Virus record (IMG/VR): IMGVR_UViG_3300035220_000425
Location: 90 to 64,089 of that record
Reading direction: 5' to 3' (one strand)
From: a virus
Lineage: Duplodnaviria > Caudoviricetes
Length of the DNA stretch: 64,000 nucleotides
Notes under the pieces: model-generated
What the model saw: only the letters and a program-made list of their open reading frames with translations
Told to the model about the DNA's origin: nothing
Databases searched by the model: none
Made by a program: the position numbers and the translations under genes
In this document: positions 7,258 through 16,800 of the stretch, piece by piece
Layout: every line of letters starts with the position of its first letter
How positions within the stretch are numbered: the stretch's first letter is position 1

Positions 7258-8166
7258 ATGTCCCAGGTTTTCGCAGATTCTCCGGGATTAATTTATAGAA
7301 TCTTAGACTCTGATGCTGAGTTCTCTGGATATGTTGGAAACTATAAGCTAAACGGTGGTCAAACTTTAAATGCGATAAGTGTCAACACTCCAGGTCAGGA
7401 TATTCCTAGAATCTCAGATATTAATGGCGTAGAATGTGTGATACACGATGTTTCCGATGTCAGGAGGCCAGTCGAGTTTATTACCGATGACCCAGAAGTA
7501 CTCGTAAATACTTGGAAGGTATTTTTAATTTGCTGGGATCCGGCGACAGGAAAAGATCTAAATAATGCGGCACATAGAATTATGGAATTATTCAAAGGTT
7601 CAACTTCTATACAAACTGTAAAAACCAGCGAAGGAGCCAGAGCTCGGGCTCAGACACTTGTCCTCATCCCAGCAGATCAACCTTTAACTTCAGCAGGTAT
7701 GGCGGTTTACGGCCCCGAGCCTGCTATTACATTAAATGCAAGTCTATTAAATGTTGCTCCAGGTAGTAGCGTTGACCTGACATGGACATTAACCGAAACG
7801 ACAGTCGCAACCATGGATCAAGGCGTCGGAGCTATAGCAACAACCGGGACTACTGCGGTAACTGTAAATCAGACAACGACTTATACTATTACTGCTAACA
7901 ATGATTTCACTACAAAGACTGGCGGGATACAAATAACAGTAATTGAACCTGCTATCGAGTCATTCTCTTCTACGGCTACGAGCAATCCCAACGAATACAC
8001 CCTGGCCTGGGCGACTTCCTTCGCTCAAGAGATACGGCTAGACGGCCGATATGACTGGCCGAGCAGTGGTACTACCACCGTAACAGTTTCAACTCCAACT
8101 ACTTTTACTTTAGAGGCAAAAAGTACACAAGGTGTGGTAACTCAAACTTTAACAATTACACCTTAA
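7258..8166 (+). CDS. Putative tail terminator protein with C-terminal Ig-like repeats
   Basis: Precedes the tube gene; two Thr-rich LxW...TTYTITA beta-sandwich-like repeats. Confidence 0.55.
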   Translation: MSQVFADSPGLIYRILDSDAEFSGYVGNYKLNGGQTLNAISVNTPGQDIPRISDINGVECVIHDVSDVRRPVEFITDDPEVLVNTWKVFLICWDPATGKDLNNAAHRIMELFKGSTSIQTVKTSEGARARAQTLVLIPADQPLTSAGMAVYGPEPAITLNASLLNVAPGSSVDLTWTLTETTVATMDQGVGAIATTGTTAVTVNQTTTYTITANNDFTTKTGGIQITVIEPAIESFSSTATSNPNEYTLAWATSFAQEIRLDGRYDWPSSGTTTVTVSTPTTFTLEAKSTQGVVTQTLTITP

Positions 8167-8267
8167 TAACTGTGGGAATCAATAGTGTTCCTGATCGGCA
8201 CTCTATTAAAGAGGGGTGAATCCCTAACATTGTCGTATCGACCGGATTCATTCCGGGGTTTGAATCC

Positions 8268-8903
8268 GTGGCAAACTATTCAGCAGCCTTTGGGTATGAT
8301 GTCTACATGCTCCCAGTGGCCTCATCTCAGGTTAACATCGCTTTTCCTAGTGTCACAGCAGCGAAAGGCTTAACACAGCCAGCAGCATTTTTAAAAACTG
8401 ATTCCTCTTCGGCTGGCGATGCAGGAAACATTGCAGCAGCAAACTCAACAGTCGCCTTTAATACCGCTACTGGTGTTTTCACTATAGAAGGAGTTACCTA
8501 CGCTATGGACGGGACCGATGGTCCTTTCCGCCTTTATGGGCTGACCAATGCTGCTCTTGAAACTGATACATCGTCAGAAGATGTCATCACTTATGATGAC
8601 GAGACAGCAGGCTTCAGTACTTCTATTGCTACTTCCAAGTCTTGGAGTATCAGTCTTGAAGGTGTAGCTGACTTCCGCGATTCTGGCTACCAAGTGCTGC
8701 GCTTGACAGAGCAAAATACTGTTGCTAACAGCTTGCGTGTCAAATTTGCTCGTTGTGGCCCTACAGGCACGGACGAGGAAGTCTACGGTTATGGAACGCT
8801 TCAAGGGTATAGTGAAAGCATCGAAGCTGGGTCTATTGTGTCCTGGAGCGCAACCTTGACCGGCTATGGTCCATACAAATTGAATATTGACGCAAACCCC
8901 TGA
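8268..8903 (+). CDS. Major tail tube protein
   Basis: SEDVITYDD, SKSWSISLEG and VSWSATLTGYG tube motifs; upstream of tape measure; followed by terminator. Confidence 0.85.
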   Translation: MANYSAAFGYDVYMLPVASSQVNIAFPSVTAAKGLTQPAAFLKTDSSSAGDAGNIAAANSTVAFNTATGVFTIEGVTYAMDGTDGPFRLYGLTNAALETDTSSEDVITYDDETAGFSTSIATSKSWSISLEGVADFRDSGYQVLRLTEQNTVANSLRVKFARCGPTGTDEEVYGYGTLQGYSESIEAGSIVSWSATLTGYGPYKLNIDANP

Positions 8904-8924
8904 TAATAACTAGGGTTTATATTT

Positions 8925-8951
8925 AAGGGGCCTTACGGGGCCTCTTTTTTT
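8925..8951 (+). terminator. Intrinsic terminator
   Basis: AAGGGGCC-TTACGG-GGCCTCTT plus T run. Confidence 0.8.
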
Positions 8952-8986
8952 GTAGGCAGACTAATTTAGCTTTTAAGGACGAAAGA

Positions 8987-11900
8987 GTGCCAGACTTTAG
9001 GGAAATTGGTTTTTCCGTAGAAGCAAAGAATGCTGCGGCAGCCAGAAGGGCACTAGAAAGCTTTATAGGAACTTTTGAAGAGCTTGGTGAACTAATTGCA
9101 AAGTTTGGGGGGACGATAGGAAAGTTTGACGGCGATATAAATATGTTCGCGAAGATTGAGACAGCCGGAGCGCATAAGGCTATAAGAGATTTAACAACGG
9201 ATACTAATAAACTTGGTACTGCTTTAAGCAAGCGAGAGCAATCTAATAAAAGACAATTAAAACTTGAAGAGCAAGGAGCGACACTTGCAAGACAAAGGCT
9301 TAGTCAAGCAAAGCAAGAATTAGGGGCCTTGGGGCCATTAACTAGTGGATATAAAATACAAGCAGAAAGGGTTCAGCAGCTTACTGAGGAGCATCGAAGA
9401 GCACAGGGCATAATGCCTAATAGTGTCCAAGATATACAGGAGATTGGATCAGCACTGCAAGCTCAGGCAAGCAAGCTGACACTGGCAGAGCAAAAAACCA
9501 GTGGGTTGACTAATGAGATCGATATCAATGCGCGTTCACTGCTTAGGGCACAAGGAATACAGAAGGGGAGCGTACAAAGCCTTCAGTTCATGCAAGCCAA
9601 GCAACTAAAGCTTGCTACCAGTCTTAAGCTAGGAAGTAAAGCTCAGATTGCGGCTTCTAAAGCAGCGCAACTCTACGGCCAAAGAATCGCTGCGGCTAGT
9701 GGAAAAACCACAAGTTTTATAAGTATTTTAGGAAAACTCGGAACTATTCAGTCTGGTATTCTTGCTATAAGTTCTGCCTTTGGACAAGTAGGTGGAGCGA
9801 TAAACCAAGTCGTAAACAGAACTAAATCAGTAGAAGCCTTCTCATTAGCGCTGCAAAATGTTGGGTTATCTTCCGTTGAAACAGCACAAAAATTCAATGT
9901 TGCTGCTCAGTCTGCTATCAACCTAGGGGCTCCAGTAGAACAGGTTGAAAAGGCTTTTAAAAGAATTGTGCCAGCGCTAAGGGCTATTGGCTCCAGTTCT
10001 AGCGATACTAATAAATTCATCGAAGGCTTAACGGCGAGAACCCAAGTCTTAGGATTGACTACAGAAGAATCAGGACGATTGCAAGAGGCATTTGCTCAGG
10101 TTCTAAGCAAAGGCAAACTTCAAGCAGAAGAACTTACTCAACAGATATCTGAAGTTGATGGTGCCTTCAGGACTCAGTTCGCAGATGCTTTAGGCGTCAG
10201 CATAGATAAGCTAGGGGAGCTTGTTGAAAGCGGCCAAGTCACAAGTACTGTCTTTGTCGACGCTTTCCTTAAGATGGAAAATGGCGCTGAGAGACTAAAA
10301 GGGAAGATTGAGAATGGTACTGCTACTGTTCAGCAACTGCAAAACAATATCGCAAACATACAAACTAAGACATTAGAATCTCTTGGTGCTGCGGCTGAGC
10401 CGGGGATCCGTGCAATACTAGAATTGTCAAATGCAGTAGCGAAATTTATACAAGAAGCCGTAGACAGTCCTTGGGGTCAAGCGTTAATAAATGCTTTTAA
10501 CAGTATTGCTGGAGCAATAAAAAATCTTGGGAAATTGTTCATAGGTTTAGCTAAAGCTTTAGGGACTATATTGGCCCCTTTAGGACCATTAGTTCAAGCA
10601 TTCTCTAATTTAGCTGGACCGCTCGCGGCGATTCTTGCGCCTCTAGTTGCTTTAAGACTAGCAAGTATTGCCTTCACGAAGGTCAATGACAAGATGGCTG
10701 AGTCTATAGGGAATGGCAATAAAACTCTTCAGTTGTTTAGAATATCAGTTAAACAATTAAAAGGTTCGCTTCTTAAATTAATAAAGGGAGATGTTTCTGG
10801 ATTTTTTAACGGATTGACTCAATCCTTTAGGAGTTTAGGTAAAGCGACATCTAAGGGTTTATTAGGTGACTTCCCTTCCAAGTTGAAGGGTCTTATCGAC
10901 CTAAGAAAAAAAGCAGCCGCCCCAGTAGCAGGAGATGCTGGTGCTAAGAAATATGAGGCAGCAGCCGCCAGTGCTAAATTGCTCGCCGCCAAGAGCGCCG
11001 GCATAAAAGCTGCGGCACTCGGTGCTAAGGCTGCGATAGTTGGAATAGGAGCGGCAGGTCTAGGTGCCTTTGCTGTCGTTGGCTTGGCCGCCGCCGCAGG
11101 CGCCCTCGCGTTTAATGAATATCAGAAATCAATAGGAGCGTTAATTAAGCCTATCAAAGAGTCTGAGAGCACTCTCAAGTCGCTAGGAATTGAATCAGAA
11201 AAGGCTACTACCTTTGTAGAAAGGTTGAAGGATGGGTTTATAAGCGTAATACCTTTTGCTCGTCAATTAATACAGGGGATTGGTTCTTTAGTTTCTGGTA
11301 TAAAAAGATTTGGGAGGGAACGAGCTTTTGAAGATGCCATGGCACAAAACCAAAAGCAGCTAAAAGGGCTTAGTGATTTTCTTGACAAAAAGGGAGCTCA
11401 AAGCTTCTTAGACTACGGCAAGATTGCAAAGATGTCAGCAGAAGATCTTGTGAAATTCAGGAAAGGATCGGGTGCTGTAAAAACTAGCTTAGAAGCTCAG
11501 GCTGGCGCGTTGCAGCAGCAGATAGATAAGATGAAAGCAGCAGGCAACGTTAATGTACAAGAAGTCCAGCAATTAGAGAGGCAGAAGGATGCCTTCTTAG
11601 AGAAGGCAGCAGCAATAGAAATTGCGATGGACGGCACCCGACGTTTCACCGGAATAATTCACACAGCAGTGGACGGCGAAGGAACGCTAACAGAAAAACT
11701 TGAAGCTTCTAACAAAGCATTAGAAACGAGAAAGCAAAAACTAGAGGCAGTAACAGCCGCCTTAGGAGCAGCAGGACAAGAAAAACTTAATCAAGGTTTA
11801 ATAACCGAAGGGCAATTAGCAGTAAGGAATGCAGCTATTAGAGAAGCTGCCGCAAAATCTAACTTAGACGCCATCCAAAAGGAGATAGATCTCAACTTCA

Positions 11901-13480
11901 AACGTCAGGCTGAAAGCAACCAAGATGTAGTTGCTTTGAGAACCCGAGCTCGGGAACTAGGCGCCGATCGAGTCGCTGCAGCGAAAGAAGCCCAAGCTGC
12001 TGAGCAAGAATTGAGCAAAGCTATGCTCGACAGGATTAAAGAAGTTAAGCAAGAAAATGATACACTTATCCAGAGCTATAGCAAACTTAAAGACCTACAA
12101 AAAGGTGGCTTCAACGACTTAACCTCAGGGATCACTTCTGCTTTTGATACATTTAAGACCGCCATAAATAAGGCTGCTACAATTGAATTTTTGGTTACAG
12201 GTGATAAAAGCATCTTAGACGATGCCTTGAGGCTTGAGAAGGATATGTTTGAGTTGCAATTTGAAATTGATAAAATCAAAAGGCAGGTTCAGCAGGCTGA
12301 GAAGCAGCACAAGTTGGAGATGATAAGCCTGGAGACTCAGGCTCAAATAGCAATGCTAAAAGCCGAGCCTGCAACTGTACAGAATCAAGCCAGGATTCAG
12401 GCGCTGCAAAAAGTAATAGGAATGACTGAAACGCTTTCGAAAGCGAATGCACAAATGTTTAGGGTGGAAAACTTTGCGGCTGAACTACAAGTTTCACAAG
12501 CCCAACAAGCTTTAAATACAAGACTTAAAGCAGCAGGTATTCAGCCAACTAATTTAGTTCCAAAGAGTAATTTAACTGACATTAAAAACTTTGTTCAAAA
12601 CATTGGCGGCGACCTGCGGAGTTCCCTTAACGAGATGGGCAGTGGGACTATAGAAGCTTTGCGTGACGTTGAGAGCATTGGCCAGCAGGGCTTAGACAAC
12701 ATTAAAGATGCCGGAGCAGCAAGCAAGAAAGAGGTTCAAGCTTCTGTCAAGGCATTGCAGACTGGTGCAGAGAAACTCGCTACAGACGGACAAGCTATTG
12801 ACCAAAACTTCTTTGGATTAGATGTGAAAAAGGTGAAAGCCGCTCTTGGCGAATCCGTCAACACAATGAATGCTGGCCTTTCTAATGTGCAGGGCAACGT
12901 TCAAAAACTGAATACAGAGTTTGGAAATACAAGTACAGCCATCCAAAAAATGGGGACTGATTCTGAGAACTCTCTAAAAAATATCAGCAAAGCTATTAGT
13001 GCAACCAATAGCTTGAAAACCGCGATGGAAGGCGTCCCCTTCGGCTCCAGGGCGACTGGCGGTCCAGTTACTGGTGGTGCTACCTACAAGGTTAATGATG
13101 GAGGAGGCCGAGAGTCGTTCGTTGACACTTCAGGGAAGGTTTCGCTTCTCCCTGCTGCTAGAAACGTTAAGTGGAGGGCTCCAAAATCTGGATATGTCCT
13201 AAATGCTAACGACACAAGCACGCTTATTAAAAACCAAAAAATTAATGCATCTATCACTGCAGCGACACGGTCTGCTAAGCCGGCTAGAGAGTCGCAAGGG
13301 GTTACTGGAATAGTTCCTTCTGGAACACTAATTAAGCAAATGGGGTCAATGATGAAAGGAGGTGATACCCAGAGAATTACTAATAATGTAACAATACAAA
13401 GTCAATCTCCAGTAATGGATGCCAGCAAGCTTCTGACTGACATTAATATCATGAAAGCAAGAAGAGGAGGAAGGCTGTGA
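8987..13480 (+). CDS. Tail tape measure protein
   Basis: 1497 aa, Ala/Gly-rich helical; QVLSKGKLQAEEL tape-measure motif; RATGGPV C-terminal motif. Confidence 0.95.
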   Translation: MPDFREIGFSVEAKNAAAARRALESFIGTFEELGELIAKFGGTIGKFDGDINMFAKIETAGAHKAIRDLTTDTNKLGTALSKREQSNKRQLKLEEQGATLARQRLSQAKQELGALGPLTSGYKIQAERVQQLTEEHRRAQGIMPNSVQDIQEIGSALQAQASKLTLAEQKTSGLTNEIDINARSLLRAQGIQKGSVQSLQFMQAKQLKLATSLKLGSKAQIAASKAAQLYGQRIAAASGKTTSFISILGKLGTIQSGILAISSAFGQVGGAINQVVNRTKSVEAFSLALQNVGLSSVETAQKFNVAAQSAINLGAPVEQVEKAFKRIVPALRAIGSSSSDTNKFIEGLTARTQVLGLTTEESGRLQEAFAQVLSKGKLQAEELTQQISEVDGAFRTQFADALGVSIDKLGELVESGQVTSTVFVDAFLKMENGAERLKGKIENGTATVQQLQNNIANIQTKTLESLGAAAEPGIRAILELSNAVAKFIQEAVDSPWGQALINAFNSIAGAIKNLGKLFIGLAKALGTILAPLGPLVQAFSNLAGPLAAILAPLVALRLASIAFTKVNDKMAESIGNGNKTLQLFRISVKQLKGSLLKLIKGDVSGFFNGLTQSFRSLGKATSKGLLGDFPSKLKGLIDLRKKAAAPVAGDAGAKKYEAAAASAKLLAAKSAGIKAAALGAKAAIVGIGAAGLGAFAVVGLAAAAGALAFNEYQKSIGALIKPIKESESTLKSLGIESEKATTFVERLKDGFISVIPFARQLIQGIGSLVSGIKRFGRERAFEDAMAQNQKQLKGLSDFLDKKGAQSFLDYGKIAKMSAEDLVKFRKGSGAVKTSLEAQAGALQQQIDKMKAAGNVNVQEVQQLERQKDAFLEKAAAIEIAMDGTRRFTGIIHTAVDGEGTLTEKLEASNKALETRKQKLEAVTAALGAAGQEKLNQGLITEGQLAVRNAAIREAAAKSNLDAIQKEIDLNFKRQAESNQDVVALRTRARELGADRVAAAKEAQAAEQELSKAMLDRIKEVKQENDTLIQSYSKLKDLQKGGFNDLTSGITSAFDTFKTAINKAATIEFLVTGDKSILDDALRLEKDMFELQFEIDKIKRQVQQAEKQHKLEMISLETQAQIAMLKAEPATVQNQARIQALQKVIGMTETLSKANAQMFRVENFAAELQVSQAQQALNTRLKAAGIQPTNLVPKSNLTDIKNFVQNIGGDLRSSLNEMGSGTIEALRDVESIGQQGLDNIKDAGAASKKEVQASVKALQTGAEKLATDGQAIDQNFFGLDVKKVKAALGESVNTMNAGLSNVQGNVQKLNTEFGNTSTAIQKMGTDSENSLKNISKAISATNSLKTAMEGVPFGSRATGGPVTGGATYKVNDGGGRESFVDTSGKVSLLPAARNVKWRAPKSGYVLNANDTSTLIKNQKINASITAATRSAKPARESQGVTGIVPSGTLIKQMGSMMKGGDTQRITNNVTIQSQSPVMDASKLLTDINIMKARRGGRL

Positions 13481-13890
13481 GTGTTCCGGTAAATAGTCAC
13501 TATTTAGAATTAAAATATGACAGCACCTTCGTAAGATTTTACAATTTTGCTGATGACTCTTATCCTATCCAATATCTGTCAGAAGCTTCTTTTGAATACA
13601 CAGCACAAGGGGCCGCTATTGCAACAGGCCCGGTAAGAAGGCAGAAGAGGATATTTACTATATCAGCGTATGCAAGTTATGACGACTGGGTTAGCTTAGA
13701 CTCTGTCTTCAGGCAGTGGGATATCGCCAGAGGTGAAGGACAAATTGCAAAAATTGATATTGCTAGCACTTTATTGACTGGAAGTGCTGAACAATATTTT
13801 GGATTTTTTACGACTCCCCCTAACCTTCAAAAGATTGGCCCGTCAAATCAAAAAGTTTTTTTAATTACCACTGCTTTATCTGAGGTATAA
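13477..13890 (+). CDS. Putative distal tail (Dit-like) protein
   Basis: Overlaps the TMP stop; size and position. Confidence 0.55.
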   Translation: MSVPVNSHYLELKYDSTFVRFYNFADDSYPIQYLSEASFEYTAQGAAIATGPVRRQKRIFTISAYASYDDWVSLDSVFRQWDIARGEGQIAKIDIASTLLTGSAEQYFGFFTTPPNLQKIGPSNQKVFLITTALSEV

Positions 13891-13892
13891 GA

Positions 13893-16800
13893 ATGACTAA
13901 TATCAACTCAGGGCCTTCTTATGTTTCTACTAACAAGAAAACAAAAATAGTCATTGGAGGGAAAAATGTTAGTCAAAATTTAATAGGAGGGACTGTCTCC
14001 GACTCCGACATTACTAGTGGAGGTATTGTTTTTACTACAGGTTCTCTTGAGTTAGCTGGTTATACCGTTGGTGGCGAGCCTATAGTAGAATCTAAATTTT
14101 CTCTTGGCGATCTTGTTACAATAAGTGCATCTTTTGCCGGGGGGCACTGTGCTAAGCACCCACGTAGCAATTTATATGTTGTAAATATCAAAAGAAATTT
14201 TACGACTCAGTCAGTAACTATTGAGGTTGCCTGCCGATTATCCGTAATTAAAGATTTCGGAACAAATGACAACGACGAGGTCAAAGGCTATATACAAAGT
14301 CTCAGCGGAATTGACAGCATTCTAGATGTCTGCCAGATAGATACTTTTGATCTCAACGCTCTTGATAGCGCCTTAAGGGCGATAGGTAGTTTTGCTTATA
14401 TGGCTCATGGTAGATTTACTGTTCAGAGATGGGAAGAAGTATTTTTAACGAACCCTGCTTTTACTTCATGGACAGAAAGATCGAGCCTATCAGTTGAAGA
14501 CTTGGAGGACGTAATTATTCCGCCTACAACACTTTCTCTTACAGAAGAAATTGAGACTCCGGGCTATCCAGAGACAGACCCCGACGAGGATGAAACAGCA
14601 ACCGATCCGACTCAATGTGTAAGTGCGGAGGACTGTAGGGGCGCGGATATTTGTCTTGAGGGGTTCTGTGAAACAGTTGAATGCGGGGACACAGACGATT
14701 GCCCTGAGGGATATACTTGCTTAAATGGTCTTTGCACGGCAATGCCGTGTTCTGGAACCGACGATTGCCCGACTGGATTCATTTGTGTCGACGGGACTTG
14801 CCAAGACGAGTATTGTGGAGATGACAACAGTTGCCCAACTGATTTTGTTTGTGTTGATAAAAAATGTCAGCAATTAAGTTGCAGCACTACGAACGACTGC
14901 CCTTCTGGTTATCTATGTGACGACGGTACGTGTGTAGAAATTGAATGCGAAGATGAAAGAGACTGTCGCAGCAGAGGAGGTGGCCTTTGCGTTAACGGTA
15001 AATGCATTAGCGTTGATTGCAAAGACTCAAGTGACTGTGGTGAAGGTTTTCAGTGTGTTGACAATGAATGCTATTTGCTCCCGAAATTTTGTACGAATGG
15101 GGACATTGAATGCGCTGAAGATGAGAAATGCGTGAATGGTCAATGCGTAAAATCGCCTAATGACTGTGTGGACGGAGATGATTGTGAAGAAGGGTTTATC
15201 TGCGTGGACGGTCATTGTATAGAAGACGAAATCGATGAATGCAGAAGGTCTAGCCAATGTCATACCGGATTTTCTTGTGTCGACGGAATTTGCGTCTCAG
15301 ACGATGAGGAAGAGGATGAGGATGAGAATCCTGACGAGATAAAAGATGACGTTTTGTCTGACAAAATGTTTATGCAGACTAAGGCCTTAAGATTAAAACC
15401 TTTCTCTGAATGCTTGCAAATGAGACAAGGAAAATTTGACCCTAGTGAACTAGAAAGGCTAGACAACGCCGAAGGACTCCCTGGGGTAGGGGAAGATCCT
15501 GATGTCTATAATGGAGTCGATAGAAGAGACAATGGGCTGAGGTGTGGAATCTATGTCAATCCGACAATAAGGAGTGAACAGGCTGAGGCAATTTTAAGGG
15601 CAGGCGGTGGAGGTAGTTCGGAATGTACTACAGAAGTAAATCTAGATGATATTGAGAAAATACTTCCAATAGAAAGTGTCTATGGCTATAAAACTACTGG
15701 ATCTTTGTTTACAGAAGAATATTATTTTGATGATCATGTTGAGAAAATCCAAGAATTCGAGTATGAAGGCCCTGGAAATCAATTAAGTCACGAGAAAACA
15801 TTAGAAAATATGAGCGTTTGGAGATCTTCTGAGTCAAGTATCTCTGCATTTTTAGATCAAGTAAATGAAGCGTATGAAATACGTATCAATGGTATGCAAG
15901 AAGTTTGTGACCAGATAAATGAATACGGTCAGCTTCGAGATGATAACGACCCTTCGAAGTTTAGGATAATAGTAGAGTGTTTAGACAATGACACTGTAAG
16001 GAAAATGTTAGCGGCAAGAGATTTCTATGATTGCATGATGGCCGACGCTCAGATAAATCTATTGAGACTTAAAGCTCAGTGCGGACGCCTTTATGATTTC
16101 GCCAGATCCTTCCTGGCTGAAATGGAAGGCCATAGAGTTTTAACAAATATTACGAAAACAGATATGTACTTCGGAGCAGAGGGGGGTGAAGTCATCAGGA
16201 AAGAACAAAAAAATTATATACATGGAGGAACAGGCAAGCCACTCACTGATGCTATAAAAGAAATTATATTTACATCCGAGGGTGCATATAGAGGCCCTGA
16301 TGTAGTCAAAGGGTTGATAATGCATAGAAATCGCTTTGCGAATAATTCCGTTTCCGGCTTAAGTACATACAAAAGGCAACATTTACGTCAGGAGAGTATT
16401 GACGAATACGAGTATGGAGTAGGGACAGTCAAACATACAAATACAAAGATTGATTATGACAATCCATTAAATAATACTACTCATATTGTATTGTCTACAG
16501 ACAATGCCGCTGCCCCTGAGGCGCCTCCTCGCAATGCTCCTTACGACCCAAGATTCTACGACTTAGACGAAGATGGAACAACTGATGATTTAGACCCAGA
16601 TATTGACGGAGACAACATCCTGAACGAAGACGATCCAAACCCAAGACGCTTTGATCAAGATATTGATCGAGATGGTCTTCGTAATGCACCTCAAGAAGAA
16701 GACCCTAATCCTATTACCCCTGATTTGGATTCAGATGGAGACGGGTTCTATGATTTCGAAGATCCAGACATTGACGGTGATGGAATTCCTAATGACAGTG

